Source: Eledone cirrhosa
Taxonomy: Eukaryota
Direction of reading: 5' to 3'
Length of the DNA: 64,000 nucleotides
Assembly: GCA_964016885.1 (NCBI GenBank)
Contig: OZ024743.1
Span: forward strand, 34,162,001 to 34,226,000
Position numbers and translations under genes: made by a program. Positions 28,673-44,529 of this stretch are shown here, piece after piece (position 1 is the first letter of the stretch; each line of letters begins with the position of its first letter). The notes under the pieces were generated by a model that saw nothing but the letters and a program-made list of their open reading frames with translations, did not search any database and had not been told where the DNA came from.

Positions 28673-28753
28673 GGTAAACAGAAATAACAACACAATTGGT
28701 ACAGTATATGGAAGGTATATATTAGGTTAACGCTTGATATAGCAGGAAGAGGG

Positions 28754-28789
28754 TCTTAACGTTTCGGACGCTAGTCCTTCATCAGAAGA
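28754..28789 (-). ncRNA. minimal type I hammerhead ribozyme
   Basis: Minus strand: tctt-CTGATGA-a ggac tagc gtcc-GAAA-cg-TT-aaga. Confidence 0.75.
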
Positions 28790-29275
28790 AAGAATGAGAA
28801 ATAAAATAGATTGAGGGGACGGGCGAGATGGAATTGGAAAAAATTGGAAAAAATGTCTTTAGATAAAAATAACAGGTCCATTCATGTTCACATCTCATAT
28901 ATATATATCTCCGAGATCAACTTTACCTTTCATCCAATCAAGGTCGATAAATAAAGTACCAGTCTGATACTGGGGTCGAGTCTTCCTCTATATCTCGTTC
29001 TCATCTCCATTCTCCCACTTTCTACACTTCTCTGGGAAAAATCAACTGTATTCACAGTCGGTGAGAAGATGGGCTCCGCCAGATTCTAAAGGGTGCTTTA
29101 GTAACGCCGTATGCCAATGTGGTGCCACTACGACCCCCCCCCCCCCCTCCAACCGATTGTTATTGGTCCACACACATTATATATATATATATATGTGTGT
29201 GAATGTGTGTGTGTGTCTGTTTAGTATATATATATATATGTGTGTAAGTAGGATATATTTATAATATGTAACATA

Positions 29276-29369
<94 letters not shown>

Positions 29370-29568
29370 CGACAGTCGATCGGCTTCCATCACATCGGAA
29401 CGAGGCAACAATGTTTCCATTGGTCTTTCCAATTGCTAATACTTTCTATCGGTCACAACTCCAGGTAGAAGGAGCAACATGAAGTAGAGTGTCTTGTCCA
29501 AGTCCAAGGACATAACGCATCGCCCGCTCCGGGAATCGAACTCACAACCTCACGATTGCGAATCCAAT

Positions 29569-29610
<42 letters not shown>

Positions 29611-29616
<6 letters not shown>

Positions 29617-29811
29617 AAAAAGGGATGAAATCGAAAATGCAACTGAAGTCTTATTTTTTTAAAAAATATATATATTTATTTATGTAAAAATATATATATT
29701 TTTAAAAAAAATAAGACTTCAGTTGCATTTTCGATTTCATCCCTTTTTCTTTATACTTCCACTCGTGTAGGACACCTCGGTTATTTTTCATTTTGTAAAA
29801 AAAAACCTCAC

Positions 29812-29819
<8 letters not shown>
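29611..29819. mobile_element. family C fold-back copy truncated before the ribozyme
   Basis: Arms 29611-~29675 and ~29690-29755. Same 3' terminus ...ttctaat-(TA)n. Confidence 0.8.
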
Positions 29820-29860
<41 letters not shown>

Positions 29861-30163
29861 CTTACATATAAATATATTATACTCACACACATATATATAA
29901 TATATATAATATATATATATATATATATGAGATACGTGTGCACGTTGGTAATGTGTATATTAATGAGATAAATGAGGTCAGATGTTCTGAAGAAGCACCA
30001 GAATTTGGTCGATGCTGAGTAGCAGGGATCCATTATAACATTGTAGACTGACGGAATTCCAGGCTGCTGAAGAAAAGAGAAAGTAATGCATATAAAGCAA
30101 AGTAAACAAGAAAAAAGAAAAGACGGGACATATTTTGGTTGAATCGTAAACCTCACCCAAAAG

Positions 30164-30226
<63 letters not shown>

Positions 30227-30266
30227 TGTGTGTGTGTGAGTGTGTATATATGTATGTATGTATATG

Positions 30267-30330
<64 letters not shown>

Positions 30331-30355
30331 CATATACATATACATACATATTTTA

Positions 30356-30480
<125 letters not shown>

Positions 30481-30487
30481 TAAATAT

Positions 30488-30793
30488 ACACGGGTGTGTA
30501 TGATTGTGTATAGAAGATTATATTAATAAAAGGAATTCCAACTTTGTCTGATTTACTCGTTTTATTTACAATCCTTTAAAATTTATAATGGTATTAGAAT
30601 GAAATAGTATGGTAAAATATTAAATGAATATTGAATAATATAAACCTGAAGATTGCGAATGCATGAAAGTACTTGTTCAATTAACACTTAACATTTAATA
30701 TTCTACCATACTATTTCATTCTAATACCATTATAAATTTTAAAGGATTGTAAATAAAACGAGTAAATCAGACAAAGTTGGAATTCCTTTTATT
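30488..30793. mobile_element. family D fold-back element with central hammerhead
   Basis: Arms ~30525-30626 and 30693-30793. Unfolded copy at 55058-55360. Confidence 0.8.
30643..30677 (+). ncRNA. minimal hammerhead ribozyme
   Basis: aac-CTGAAGA-t tgc gaat gca t-GAAA-gtac-TT-gtt. The copy at 55315-55351 (minus) has stem I gaac/gttc. Confidence 0.65.
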
Positions 30794-32335
30794 TATATAT
30801 ATATATATGCATGTATATATATATGTATATATATATGTATATATATGTATATATATGTATATATATATATGTATATATATATGTATGCATGTATATATAT
30901 ATATGCATATATATATATATATACACACATACATACATATATATATATACACACACATACATATATATATATCTTTATGTGTGTGTGTGAGTGTCTGTGT
31001 GTGTGTGTGTGCGCGTGTGTGTGTCCCTGCGCGTTTGTGTTTAAATGGGCATGGAACACTGTGTAGAAATCTTAATGGTAATGATATTAACATGTAAATC
31101 TAAAAATATCCCAGTGTAATTAACTCTGGTGGGTGGGGGGACCTGGTGAGAAGTGATGGGCTTAAAATAGATGGGAATTAAAGCCAAGTAAAAAGGGGTG
31201 TGGGGTTTGGTGGTTTTAATAGGGAGTTAGAGAAAGGTTTGCCTTTTCATAACTGTTGTCATTTGATAAGGAAATATAGCAGTGATTTATAGTTTAGCAG
31301 CGAGAGTGCCGCGTGGTTTTGTGGTTAGGTTCTTCATTTCACTATCGTAATAATGTGAATCCGATTTCAGACCGTGGGTTGTGTTCTTGAGTAAGATACC
31401 GTATTCCTTGTTGTCTTTGTCACTCATCTGATTGAGGGAGGGTTGCGATATGTTATACCTGTAATTTAGAAGGTCAAACCTCAGAACCAAGTTATGGATA
31501 CGCGTGACTGTGGGATGAACAGACACGTGTAAGATTATTTCATGAACTGGCTATTCAAACATCTGAATCACTCGTTGCTGGAACCCGACGGATATCCAAC
31601 AGCGACACACTTTAGCAGTAGAGAAATGAATGGGTTAGATTCTTTACCGTAATAATTTGTGCTGCATTAACCTAAGAATAAAATACATGTATTTATGCCA
31701 GGGGTACTCCAATGACGAGAATATTAGAAACATGCAAGGTTAAAAAGGTTCCCTATCATTGGCGTTTGATTGTCTTCTCTATGCTGGATAAAGTACGCCC
31801 CAGTACACTTTGGAGTCGTTTCAATCAAAGATATACTTACCTCCCTTACAAAATCGCCATTCCACCAAACATACCTCCTACATGTGTGATTAACTTCAGA
31901 GGATACATAGCGTGTGACGTGTAGGAATTCTTATGTTATGTAAGAAGACATGTTATTGTCACATATTAAGTCTGACTGCTTAGAGTTCAAGGTTTGAAAT
32001 TGTGGTGTTATATGCAACCCCCTACTTCAAGATAGTGTTTCTTCATTAATCTTCATTACTATTTTCCTTCTTCTGGTCAGTATCAGTGTTGACGTCCTCA
32101 ACATCGTCATCATAATCTCCATTCTCACCACCATCATCATTAGAGAGACTACCTCGATTCTGCACTGAATTCTGTGTTGTCTCGCCGCCATATTGCTAGA
32201 CAGTCTACTTCTTTTGTACTTGTGCCTTAAAGCAACGATCAAAATGATATAGACAATCCATTCCTCTACTTAGACTGCTTCCACATTCCTTCTTTTCTGT
32301 TATCACTCTCTCATTTTTGTTGCTCCCGTCTCTCT

Positions 32336-32397
<62 letters not shown>

Positions 32398-32629
32398 CGT
32401 TTCTGAATTTGTTTAGCAAGATTCTTTATCTGAAAACGTATGTTGAAACCGATATTGTTATGCTTTGGGAGGGTCATGTTGCCAATAAGAAACACACGCA
32501 CCAGTTGCTTTCACTTCAATTTATTATAAATTAAATTTATAAATTTAGGAATTTATAAATTTCCGGTTGGTTGGTTGGTTCCACAACCAGACGATTGTTC
32601 ATATATTGTCAAAGTTCTTTCGTCACAAA

Positions 32630-33290
32630 TGGTAAATAATGATACAAATGGGACCCGCCCCTTGTATAGGAGCAAATTTTGGAATAGAATAGAAATAACT
32701 AGGAATAAGGTTAATAGAATAAACTCATGGTATGATAGCAATAAATACCAGAGTGTAATGTTCATTGATACAACCCCTAGAGGTGAATTAGCTTACAAAT
32801 TTAGAAGGGCCCTAGATAAACATAAACTAAATATTAAGATAGTAGAAAGACCAGGTACCTCCATAAAAACACTTATTAGCAATACATACCCTTTTCAAAG
32901 ACTCCCTGTATAGATAAGAAATGTATAATCTGTAAACTAAACCCCCATATTAACTGTAAAACTAGAAATGTAGTATATAGCATAAGATGTACTGAAGGAT
33001 AATGTAGAGATAAGAATATAGTGTACATAGGTGAGACAGCTCGTAGTATAGGGGAACGGATAAATGAACACTGGCGAGAGCTTCAAGATAGTAAAGAATC
33101 ATCTGTACTCCACCAACATGCTAAAATAGAACATAAGGGTAAATTAGAGAACATAGAAATAAAAATAGAATCTACACACAGAAAAGACGCAATGTTTAGA
33201 CAAATCACAGAGGCAATAAACATAAATGAACTCCAACCAAAATTAAATAGAAAACATGAATGGAATAGCAACATCACAATTTACAATTAA
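32630..33290 (+). pseudogene. PLE GIY-YIG endonuclease, frameshifted and with stops
   Basis: ORFs 32575-32913 and 33021-33290. Confidence 0.85.
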
Positions 33291-33479
33291 GGACAAAATG
33301 AAAACGCACACATAGAACAAACAACTAACCAGTAACATGTAAATAAACAAATAAATAAACAAATATAAACACACACAGACACCCGGATGTAGCACATGCG
33401 CAAACTAAGCACACAACAAAAACAAGATGGCGTAGGACAGAACAAAGGAGAGGCACAAAAGCAAAGAAAAGAATCCCCA

Positions 33480-33522
33480 GTCACTGAAGAGGTCACAGAA
33501 TGTGTGACGAAAGAACTTTGAC
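33480..33522 (+). ncRNA. hammerhead ribozyme in the PLE pLTR
   Basis: gtca-CTGAAGA-g gtcaca gaatg tgtgac-GAAA-gaac-TT-tgac. Confidence 0.7.
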
Positions 33523-33704
33523 AATATATGAACAATCGTCTGGTTGTGGAACCAACCAACCAACCAACCGGAAATTTATAAATTCCTAAATTTATAAATT
33601 TAATTTATAATAAATTCGAGTGAAAGCAACTGGTGCGTGTGTTTCTTATTGGCAACATGGCCCTCCCAAAGCATAACAATATATATATATTTATATATAT
33701 ATAT

Positions 33705-35412
<1,708 letters not shown>

Positions 35413-35497
35413 TACTCTCTGTCTGTCTCACGGAATCTCCCCCCCCCTCTCTCTCTTTTCTCTTTCCTTTCTCTATGTATATATATATATTTATGTA

Positions 35498-35592
<95 letters not shown>

Positions 35593-35634
35593 ATAGAGAG
35601 AGAGAGAGATTGAGAGAGACAGACGGACAGACAG

Positions 35635-35677
<43 letters not shown>

Positions 35678-36177
35678 CCTCTTTGTGGATTCCTCCCTCT
35701 TACCGCCATGTCAGTATCTTTCAAGCTCACAACATCTCTACCTTTCTAACAACACTTTGCTGCCATTTTCCCACAGACAATTGAGGCTAGTCATGAAACA
35801 TAGTCCATTTGTCATCAACACAAAACACCGACAATGCATTAATACTTATATTCCAGTCTATTTCATCATCTCACTGATGATTCATACATATTACGACAAA
35901 AGTGACACCTACATTTAACAATGAAGAATATTTATATTTTCTTTTGTTGTTTTCAATATTTTTTCAATATTATTTTCAACTTTTTGTCATCAAAAGTCTG
36001 GGTCTTTTGGTTTGTTAAGTTTGCTATTGCTTCATTTTTATTTCATCTTTTGAATACTGGAATGTGTTTTTTTATATGATTATATAGATTCCTACATTCA
36101 TGGTGGCGTTTTGTAAATCTATAAGTCTATGTGTCTATGTGTTTTACTCTTTATATATATATATGTGTGGGTGTGTG

Positions 36178-36259
<82 letters not shown>

Positions 36260-36739
36260 CATGTATGTATGTGTGTGTGTGTGTTATCAATCGCAGAAAA
36301 TATCAATGGATAAAAATTTATGAAATATTTGTTTTCATCATAGCAAGATACAATATAGTAAAAGTAAAAAGATGAAACGAATGTCGAGTACCGTATGTTC
36401 TTCTGAAATTCAAAAATTAAAAAATGCGAAAACCACTTATAGATTTATAAAACTAGAAAGAGGAGCATCCGTGAAATCTTCCGAACTAAAGAGAGATATA
36501 AACTCTGTTTGAGAAAAGCGGTTATTTAACGTTTTTCTGTGCTCTTTGATTATATATTAATTGCTACTGTATCTAGAACTATACACGCAATGCTAATATT
36601 TGAAGATATTTCAGTAGTCATATTTGTGTCTTCCTTCTACCTTGTACCTATATTCCTTCTATTATATGTTATATTCCTGCTATTTCTCTGTAACTTCAAA
36701 TTGTATTTTTATCAACAATGTTGCCATCATTAATCTAGA

Positions 36740-36883
36740 CCCGGGGGGGGGGGGGGTCCGTGTAATATTCCTGGGGGTCCACAGGCAAACAATATTCTTT
36801 TGTCGAATAGCTGTGAGGGGGTCCACCCCCCAAACAAATAAGGGAAAAGGGGTCCATGAGTAAAGAAAGGTTGAGAACCACTC
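36740..36883. mobile_element. hAT-type MITE, right end
   Basis: Subterminal ggggtcc repeats and TIR-like ggttgagaaccact. Confidence 0.55.
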
Positions 36884-37617
36884 AGGATTCTAGAGTCTCG
36901 TCTAAAGTCTGCTTTAAGCCAGAAGCCTCGTTAGGCCGATGCCTATCTCGGTTTCGTGGCGTGAAGCGACTGAGAGTACAAGACTCCCCACTGGACTGGA
37001 CGCTAGTCCATCTCAGGGTAAAGCCTCTAGCTATTGTTGGTACTCATTTTCAGCTTAGTGTTCTAGAGCAACGTAAAATAATATGGAAAAAATGTTTCAT
37101 ATTAACAACGTTCTCTACTGCCAAATACACGCGATAGAAGAGCAGAAATGCTGCTTTGCTCATAGCCGATTTTATATAAGATGTTCAAAGTTAAAAAACC
37201 CTACATCATCTTTTTTGTGTATCCCGAGGGGATGTGTAAACAGTGTTCAGAATTGCTAAGGGTACGATGGTTACAGATCTATTACACAGTTCTATAAATC
37301 TGGGATTCATTGCAATTATTAATGCCCTTTTATTGTTGTTTTAAGTCTTGCTCCACCCTAGTTCTAATATATGATGTGTGAGTTACCTTTCACGAATTTA
37401 AGCATTAGAAGAAAAAGATGAAATTTTTGTGTTTAACAATTTAATTACGAAATTAATTAAAATTCTTTTTTCTTTCGTTTAATGCCGTGCTCTTATTCCA
37501 TACGCATGAATTAGCAATATGGCATCTACTCTGTTGAATTGTGAACATTATACTGTTCATATTGAATCCATGATTTACGCACAGTACATTTGACACTGCG
37601 ATGCTATAAATAGTTGG

Positions 37618-37649
<32 letters not shown>

Positions 37650-38195
37650 TGTATATATATATTTATCCCTATATATATATATATAGGGATAAAAAAGACA
37701 GAGACATATACATTCATTTATTCATTTATAGTCTTTCTCTTTTCATACATGCGCACAGATTACATATCTACTCACGCACACGCAGCCACATATACACATA
37801 TGTATTATTTTTATGCAGAACTATGTTGCTTAGTGATACTGTCTGAGTACTAGCACATTGGGAGTGTGTATTCAGTATGAGGTAGTACAGTGGGTGATGG
37901 CATTAGGTAGATATGTAAAGTTTATTGTGATTGAAAAAATGACAGTCTGTGTGGTAGCACAGTTTGAGAGGGCAGATTATATACAAAGTGGGGGTGTTAG
38001 ACACATATATGGGAGGGGCAGCAAAAAACAACCCCTTCAGCTAACCCTTTGGAAGTATCAACTCTATAGGGCCACCACCCATCATTAAGTACAAACAGAA
38101 GGCTTTCAGCGATTATATACACACACACACACACATATATATATATATGTGTGTGTGGTATATATATGTATATATATATATATACATATATATAT

Positions 38196-38243
<48 letters not shown>

Positions 38244-38297
38244 ATATATATATACATACATACATTCACACACGTATATATGTGAGTGTGTGTGTGT

Positions 38298-38425
<128 letters not shown>

Positions 38426-38554
38426 CTATATAGAGTAAAGGAAATAGAGTGAAATAACGACACAGATGACAGAGTGAAAGGAGTATTGAAAAGCATAGCA
38501 TGAGAAAAAACAAAACATGAAATACATACACATGAAATGATAGATAGATAGATA

Positions 38555-41210
38555 TATTTCTTTATTAGCCACAAGGGCGCACAAGAAAAGGGGACAACAC
38601 AAAGACATGCCGGGGATTTTACATACAATCGTGTAAACAATATAAAACAAACAATTATAAAAGTCGAAATCCCCAATAGGGGAGAAGCACCACAAATGGG
38701 TTGTTTAATACCCCGTCGATAGAACAACCCCCAACTTCAGGAGCGTGTTGTACAAGTGCTCCTTTCTTCCTTTTTCTCTCTTCTTTAACCTACAGGCTTA
38801 TAAACAGAGAAGGCCCAATCACTCGGGCCATTTTCGCTTCATTCACCCACCTTTCAGTAAATTTACAGGGGTGCAGTGCCTCTCTCTCCACTCTGATTCT
38901 CCTTCTAAAGTGATACTTAAAGAAGGGAATCAATTGTTGTCCGGAGAGAAAGGTATCTGTCCTCAGTCCTCTCAATCTCGTCCACCATATAACCTCTTTC
39001 ACCATAGACACTGTACAGAGGAAAACTGCCCCTCTTTCGTTTTTGAAAGAGGCTGGCGGTTTTATCCTTACTATGGACTCGGCAGTCAACTGGATTTATC
39101 CCATACGCGACAGCAGTTGTTCTGCATAGTTCCACAGGTCGCTTACGCCCAGGCAGTGTACAATTGCGTGCAAGACGGTTTCAATGTCCTGCTCGCATCT
39201 TGGACACGTCCTCTTGGAAGGATCCCTGCCGCAAACACCTTGGTCGTCACCTCGTTCCAGTTATTCTCCACCTGGAGTAGTGGCTCGAGAGTCAGTACGT
39301 ACAGAAGGGAGGAGAGAGGGCATCCCTGTCGGATGGATCGCGTGATATATATCGGCTTCGAGAGGTAGCTGTTCACCCTGACTCTTGAGCAGATGTTGCT
39401 GTTGTGCATTGCAGCAATCCAGCCACTGAACACGGGTCCGAAGCCTGCCGCCTCGAGCACCGCATCCAGGTAACGATGGTCAACCCTATCGAAAGCCTTA
39501 GACTGATCCAAGTTTATCAGGGCCCCACCGAAGCCGGATTTACACCCTACCCTCTCTATGATGTATCGCATGAGGTGGAGGTTGTCGTGTATGGACCTGG
39601 TCGGGATTGCGCATGTATGCGCTTCTCCCACCAGGTTTTGGACGACAAGCGCCAGCCTCTTTGCCAACACCTTGGCCAAAATCTGTAATTCTGTGTTGAG
39701 CATGGTTATGGGCCGGCAATTGCTTACGTCATCCCCCTTGTTCTCGTCCTTCCTGACTAACGTGATTACGCCCTTGGTCACAGAACTGGGAATTCTCCCG
39801 TTCTGCTGCCAGTTGCAGTAGACCGCTTCCAGGAGACCGGAGAAAAAGTCCGGCATTGCTACGTAAAATTCGTAGGGTAGACCGTCGAGACCTGGAGATT
39901 TGCGTTTGCCGCATTGGCTCATCGCGTCGCCTACCTCAGCGGCCGAAATCGGCCTTTCGCAGAACTTCGCCTCGCTATCCAAGAGTCGCGCTAGGCCGTC
40001 GAGGTATGAACCGAAATCCATAGCCCCTCTCGGCGCGCCGCCCTGCCTGAACAGTTGAGCAAAGTGCCGCTGAAAGGCCGCGCACATTTGCTTCGGCTCA
40101 CGTTCACGCGTCCGTCTTGGTCCTTCAAAGACCGAATCGTGGACTTGTTGGCGCTTTTCGACTCCGTCACTCGGGCCCAGCTAACAGCTTTGGCTCCCTC
40201 GTTTCCCAGAGCACGTATTTTGCTTCTGACAACACATCCTTCATGCTTTGCGTCGAAGAACTGGTCCAATGCCGTTGTCGTCGCTAGCACGCTGGCTACG
40301 TTGCCACACCCAAGTGCCTCTTCTACTTTATCTACCAGTTCCTTTTCGGTCTTATTTCTATCTAACACTAATTCTTTACTAAAACCTATCGAGTCTAATC
40401 TAACTGCCCTCTTGAGAGAGTACTTGCATACTTGAATACACCATCTGTTGTTGACAATGGCCCCCGTCAAGTGCTGCTTAACTAAAGTGCTAATCCGTCT
40501 ACTGTAGGCTTTGCATGTCGGTAACGACAAGTTCAGCTTCCAGTAGCCGGGTCCCTGTCTATGGGTTTTGTCAAGGTTGACTAAGCAGGTCACTAATTTG
40601 TGATCCGAATAGGCAACCATGAATATTTGTGGACAGCTTAACATGTCCCTATCCTTCTTTCTAACTAGAACCCTATCTATGTACGATCTAAATGTTCCGC
40701 TACGATTAGTCCACGTCCACAGTGGCAGAGGAGTCGGAAAATCTAGTGGATATCTATCGGCCAGGACAAATCGGCCGATTAACTGATTGAGGCTGTTAAA
40801 CCCCCCTCTATCGGGAAAGCTCCCACATAGTCCCAACGTGCATCTAGGAGTCCATTCCAGTCCCCCACTAACAGCAGGGAGCGGGACGTTCCCAGAAAAG
40901 TCTCTAGACGTTTGAAGAAGGTGGCCGCCTTCACTACCGTCAACGTCTAGGACCACCAGTCGACCATCCGGGTCCAGATGTACCGTCTGTGTTACGAGGG
41001 CCAGGTGTTTCCGCAGCAAAGCGGCAACCCCACCCCACCCCCCGACTGACAGATTCATGCGTAGATCTCAAAGTCGTCGAAGATGGGGGCCAGTTGTCGC
41101 TCACTGTGGGTCCTGGACTCGCAAATGGCTACTACATCCATACTGTGCGACCTGATGTCGTTTAAGAGTTTGCCCTGTTTCCAGGGCATTCCCAGGCCGT
41201 GTACAGGTAA
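38555..41210 (-). mobile_element. Tx1/L1-clade LINE copy 1 (subfamily A), 5'-truncated, with several internal deletions
   Basis: APE motifs (YSDHKLV, GPGYWKLN) and RT motifs (KSPGLDG, RPITMLN, LDQSKAFDRVDH, IRQGCPLS). YADD region deleted at ~39275. 3' end AATAAA followed by (TATC)n. Confidence 0.93.
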
Positions 41211-41284
<74 letters not shown>

Positions 41285-41527
41285 TAATAGATATATTTAT
41301 TTATTAGCCACAGGGGCACAAAAGAAGGGGACAAAAGGGGAAGTTTACATACAATAAAAACGTGTAAAATATTATCACAAATGTAATTTAAAAATTAGTC
41401 GATTTTCCCCAATAGCGGGAGACATTTCATATGGGTAACACATACCCCCGAAAAAAAATGTGCAACCCTCATCTCCAGGAGTACGAAGAGTTTGTACTCC
41501 TTTCCTCTCCTTCTCTTTTTCCTCAAC

Positions 41528-44496
41528 CTACAGGCTGATATAGAGAGAAGGCCCATTCACTCGGGCCATTCTCGCCACTTTCACCCACCTTTTATAAAAC
41601 TTGCTGGGGTACAGCACCGCTCTCTCCATCCTGATTCTTCCTCCAAAGTGGTATTTGAAAAAAAGAATCAGTTATTGGCCGGAGAGAAAGGTGTCTGACC
41701 TCAGCCCTTTCAACCTTGTCCACCATACAACCTCTTTCGCCATAGCTATCACACAAAGGAAAACCGCCTCTCCTTCGTTTTTGAAGGAGGGTGGTGGTTT
41801 GATCATGACAATGGACTCGGTGGTCAACCGGATTGGTCCCACCCGCGACAATAGTCGTTCTACATAGCCCCACAGGTCGGTGACGCCCGGGCAGTGTATG
41901 AATGTGTGCGTGACGGTTTCTTCGTCTCACACGCACCTCAGACAGATCTTTTTTGCAGGGTCCCTGCCCGGGCGCCCATATCTGTAGAGCTTGTCTCGAA
42001 CTGGTAGAGCTCCTCGGTAGCACTGCTAGGCCAGGGACTTTTGGAAGTTGTCCATCGGTCCCGGGCGGAAGGTCCTACCGAACAGACTGGCCAGTTCGTC
42101 TTCCTCTACGCCCAGAGTTTCACCGAGCACGTCGTAGCACTTGCTGCGTATCAACCCTCTATAGAATGACGAAGTGGAGTCTCCACTGATCGCCGGGTCC
42201 GCCTGCCAGAGAGCTGTGAGCGCCTGAGCAAATTCGATGTGCCAGTCGCCCATTTTCCTCGGTCTTTGCTTGACCCAGGACTGCAGCTCGGTCAGCGAGA
42301 CGAGTCGTGAGAAGGCTCGCCTCTCGAACGGGGCCCACACCGGTTGTCCGGTGAGGAATACGTAGAGATGCCGCAGCCTGAGCGCGTGTTTGCGCATCGT
42401 CAGCCACGGCACCCCCAGCCTTCCGTTGGAAGGGCGTTGGCAGCAGATGGATCTTCTCACCATAGGAGCCCGCCTCTTCCAAAGGAATTGGAAGAGCGCG
42501 CGCTCCATTTTGGCGAGCGTTTTGGCTGGAAAAGGTACGACGGTCAAGCGGTAGTAGATGGCGGACGCTATAAAAGTGTTCGCCACGTCCGCTCGACCTT
42601 TCAAGGATAGTTTGCACTCGGCCCACTTCTGGGTGAGTGCAAACACCTTAGCCGACACTTCGTTCCAGTTCTTCTCCACATGGAGGTCCGGACAAAACCA
42701 GATCCCGAGCAGCTTTACCGGTCCTTCCGTCCCGCGTCCTACGACGCCATCGGAAGGCATCGGTTTGCCTCTCCACGATCCGAGTTGCAAACCGATGGAC
42801 TTGTCCCGGTTCAGCTTCGCTCCTGTGAGACTTTCGTACCGTATGGACCTGGTCGGGATTGCGCATGTCTGCGCTTCTCCCACCAGGTTCTCGACGACAA
42901 GCGCCAGCCTCTTTGCCAACACCTTGGCCAAAATCTGTAACACTGTGTTTGGCAGAGTTATGGGCCGGAAGTTTCCTATGTCATCCCCCTTGTTCCCGTC
43001 CTTCTTGATTAGTGTGACCACGCCCCCGGTTACAGAACTTGGAATTCTCCCGTTCTGTTGCCAGTTGTAGTAGACCGCTTCCAGGAGACCGGAGAATAAG
43101 TCCGGCATTGCTACGTAAAATTCGTAGGGTAGACCGTCGAGACCAGGAGATTTGCGTTTGCCGCATTGGCTCAGCGCGTCCCCTATCTCAGTGGCTGAAA
43201 TCGGCTTTTCGCAGAACTTTGCCTCGCTGTCCGAGAGTCGCGGTAGGCCGTCGAGGTATGGACCGAAATCCATAGCCTCTCCTGGACCCCCCCCCCGAAC
43301 AGCCGAGCAAAGTGCCGCTGAAAAGCCGCACACATCTGCTTCGGCTCACGTATCACGCGTTCGTTTTGGTCCTTCAAAGACCGAATCGTGGACTTGTTGC
43401 CACTTTTTGCCTCCGTCACTCGGGCCCAGCTAACAGCTTTGGCTCCCTCGTTTCCCAGAGCACGTATTTTGCTTCTGACAACGCAGCCCTCGTGCTTTGC
43501 GTCGAAGAACTGGTCCAAGGCCGTTCTCGTTGCTAGCACGCTGGCTACGTTGCCACTTCTAATCGCCTCTTCTACTTTATCTACCAGTTCCTTCTCGGTT
43601 CTATTTCTATCTAACGCTAATTCTTTACTAAAAACTATCGAGTCTAATCTAACTTCCCTCTTGAGAGAGTACCACCATCTGTTGTTGACAATGGCCCCTG
43701 TCCAGTGCTGTTTAACTAAAGTGCTAATCCGTCTACTGTAGGCTTTGCTTGTCGGTAACGACAAGTTCAGCTTCCAGTAGCCGGGTCCTTGTCTATGGGT
43801 TCTATCAAGGTTGGTCATGCAGGTCACTAGTTTGTGATCTGAATAGGCAACCATGAACATTTGTGGACAGCTTAACATGTCCCTATCCTTATTTCTAACT
43901 AGAACCCTATCTAGGTACGATCTAGATGTTCCGCTACGATTACTCCACGTTCACAGTGGCGCAGTCGGAAAATCTAGTCGATATCCATCGGCCAGGTCAA
44001 ATCGGTCGATTAACTGTTTGAGGCTGTTACACCCCCCTTTATCGGGACATGCTCCCACATAGTCCCAACGTGTATCTAGGATTCCATTCCAGTCCCCCAC
44101 TAAAAGCAAGGAGCGGGACGTTCCCAGAAAAGTCTCTAGACGTTTGAAGAAGTCTGGCCGCGGTGTCCCGGATGGGGCATATGCGGCCACCAGCCTGAAG
44201 GCTCCACCTTCACTACCGTCAACGTCTAGGACCACCAGTCGACCCTCCGGGTCCAGATGTACCGTCTGTGTTACGAGGCCCAGGTGTTTCCGCAGCAAAA
44301 CGGCAACTCCGCCCCCACCCCCCGGTTGACAGAGGGATGCGTAGATCTCAAAGTCATCGAAGATGGGGGCCAGCTGTCGCTCGCCGTGGATCCTGGACTC
44401 CATACTGTGCGACCTGAGGTCGTTTAAGAGTTTGCCCTGTTTCCAGGGCATCCCCAGGCTGCGTACGTTCACACATCCAACTCTTATATTGGCCAT
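41528..44496 (-). pseudogene. Tx1 ORF2 (APE endonuclease plus reverse transcriptase), disrupted
   Basis: MANIRVGCVNVRSL, YAP, LVGDWN, SDH, KSPGLDG, KLLGIWF, LSLKGR. Stops at 42026 and 41927. Confidence 0.92.
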
Positions 44497-44529
44497 GTTG
44501 GTGCTGAAAAGTTAAAAGAGGAAAAGAGA

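Larger units (their letters stand above)
32452..33682 (+). mobile_element. Penelope-like element, 5'-truncated, with inverted pseudo-LTR
   Basis: About 175-bp inverted repeats at 32452-32627 and 33503-33682 flank a linker (FIDTTPRGELA..KIVERPGTSIK), a Cys-rich segment and a GIY-YIG domain (VVYSIRC..YIGETARSIGERINEH..RQITEAINI..PKLN). Confidence 0.9.

Noticed and set aside
31100-31990. Possible decayed PLE RT/linker fragments; similarly 60930-61810
   Set aside because: Only vague motif resemblance (IKD..IPPN..DV; IPHQDL). A profile-HMM search is needed.
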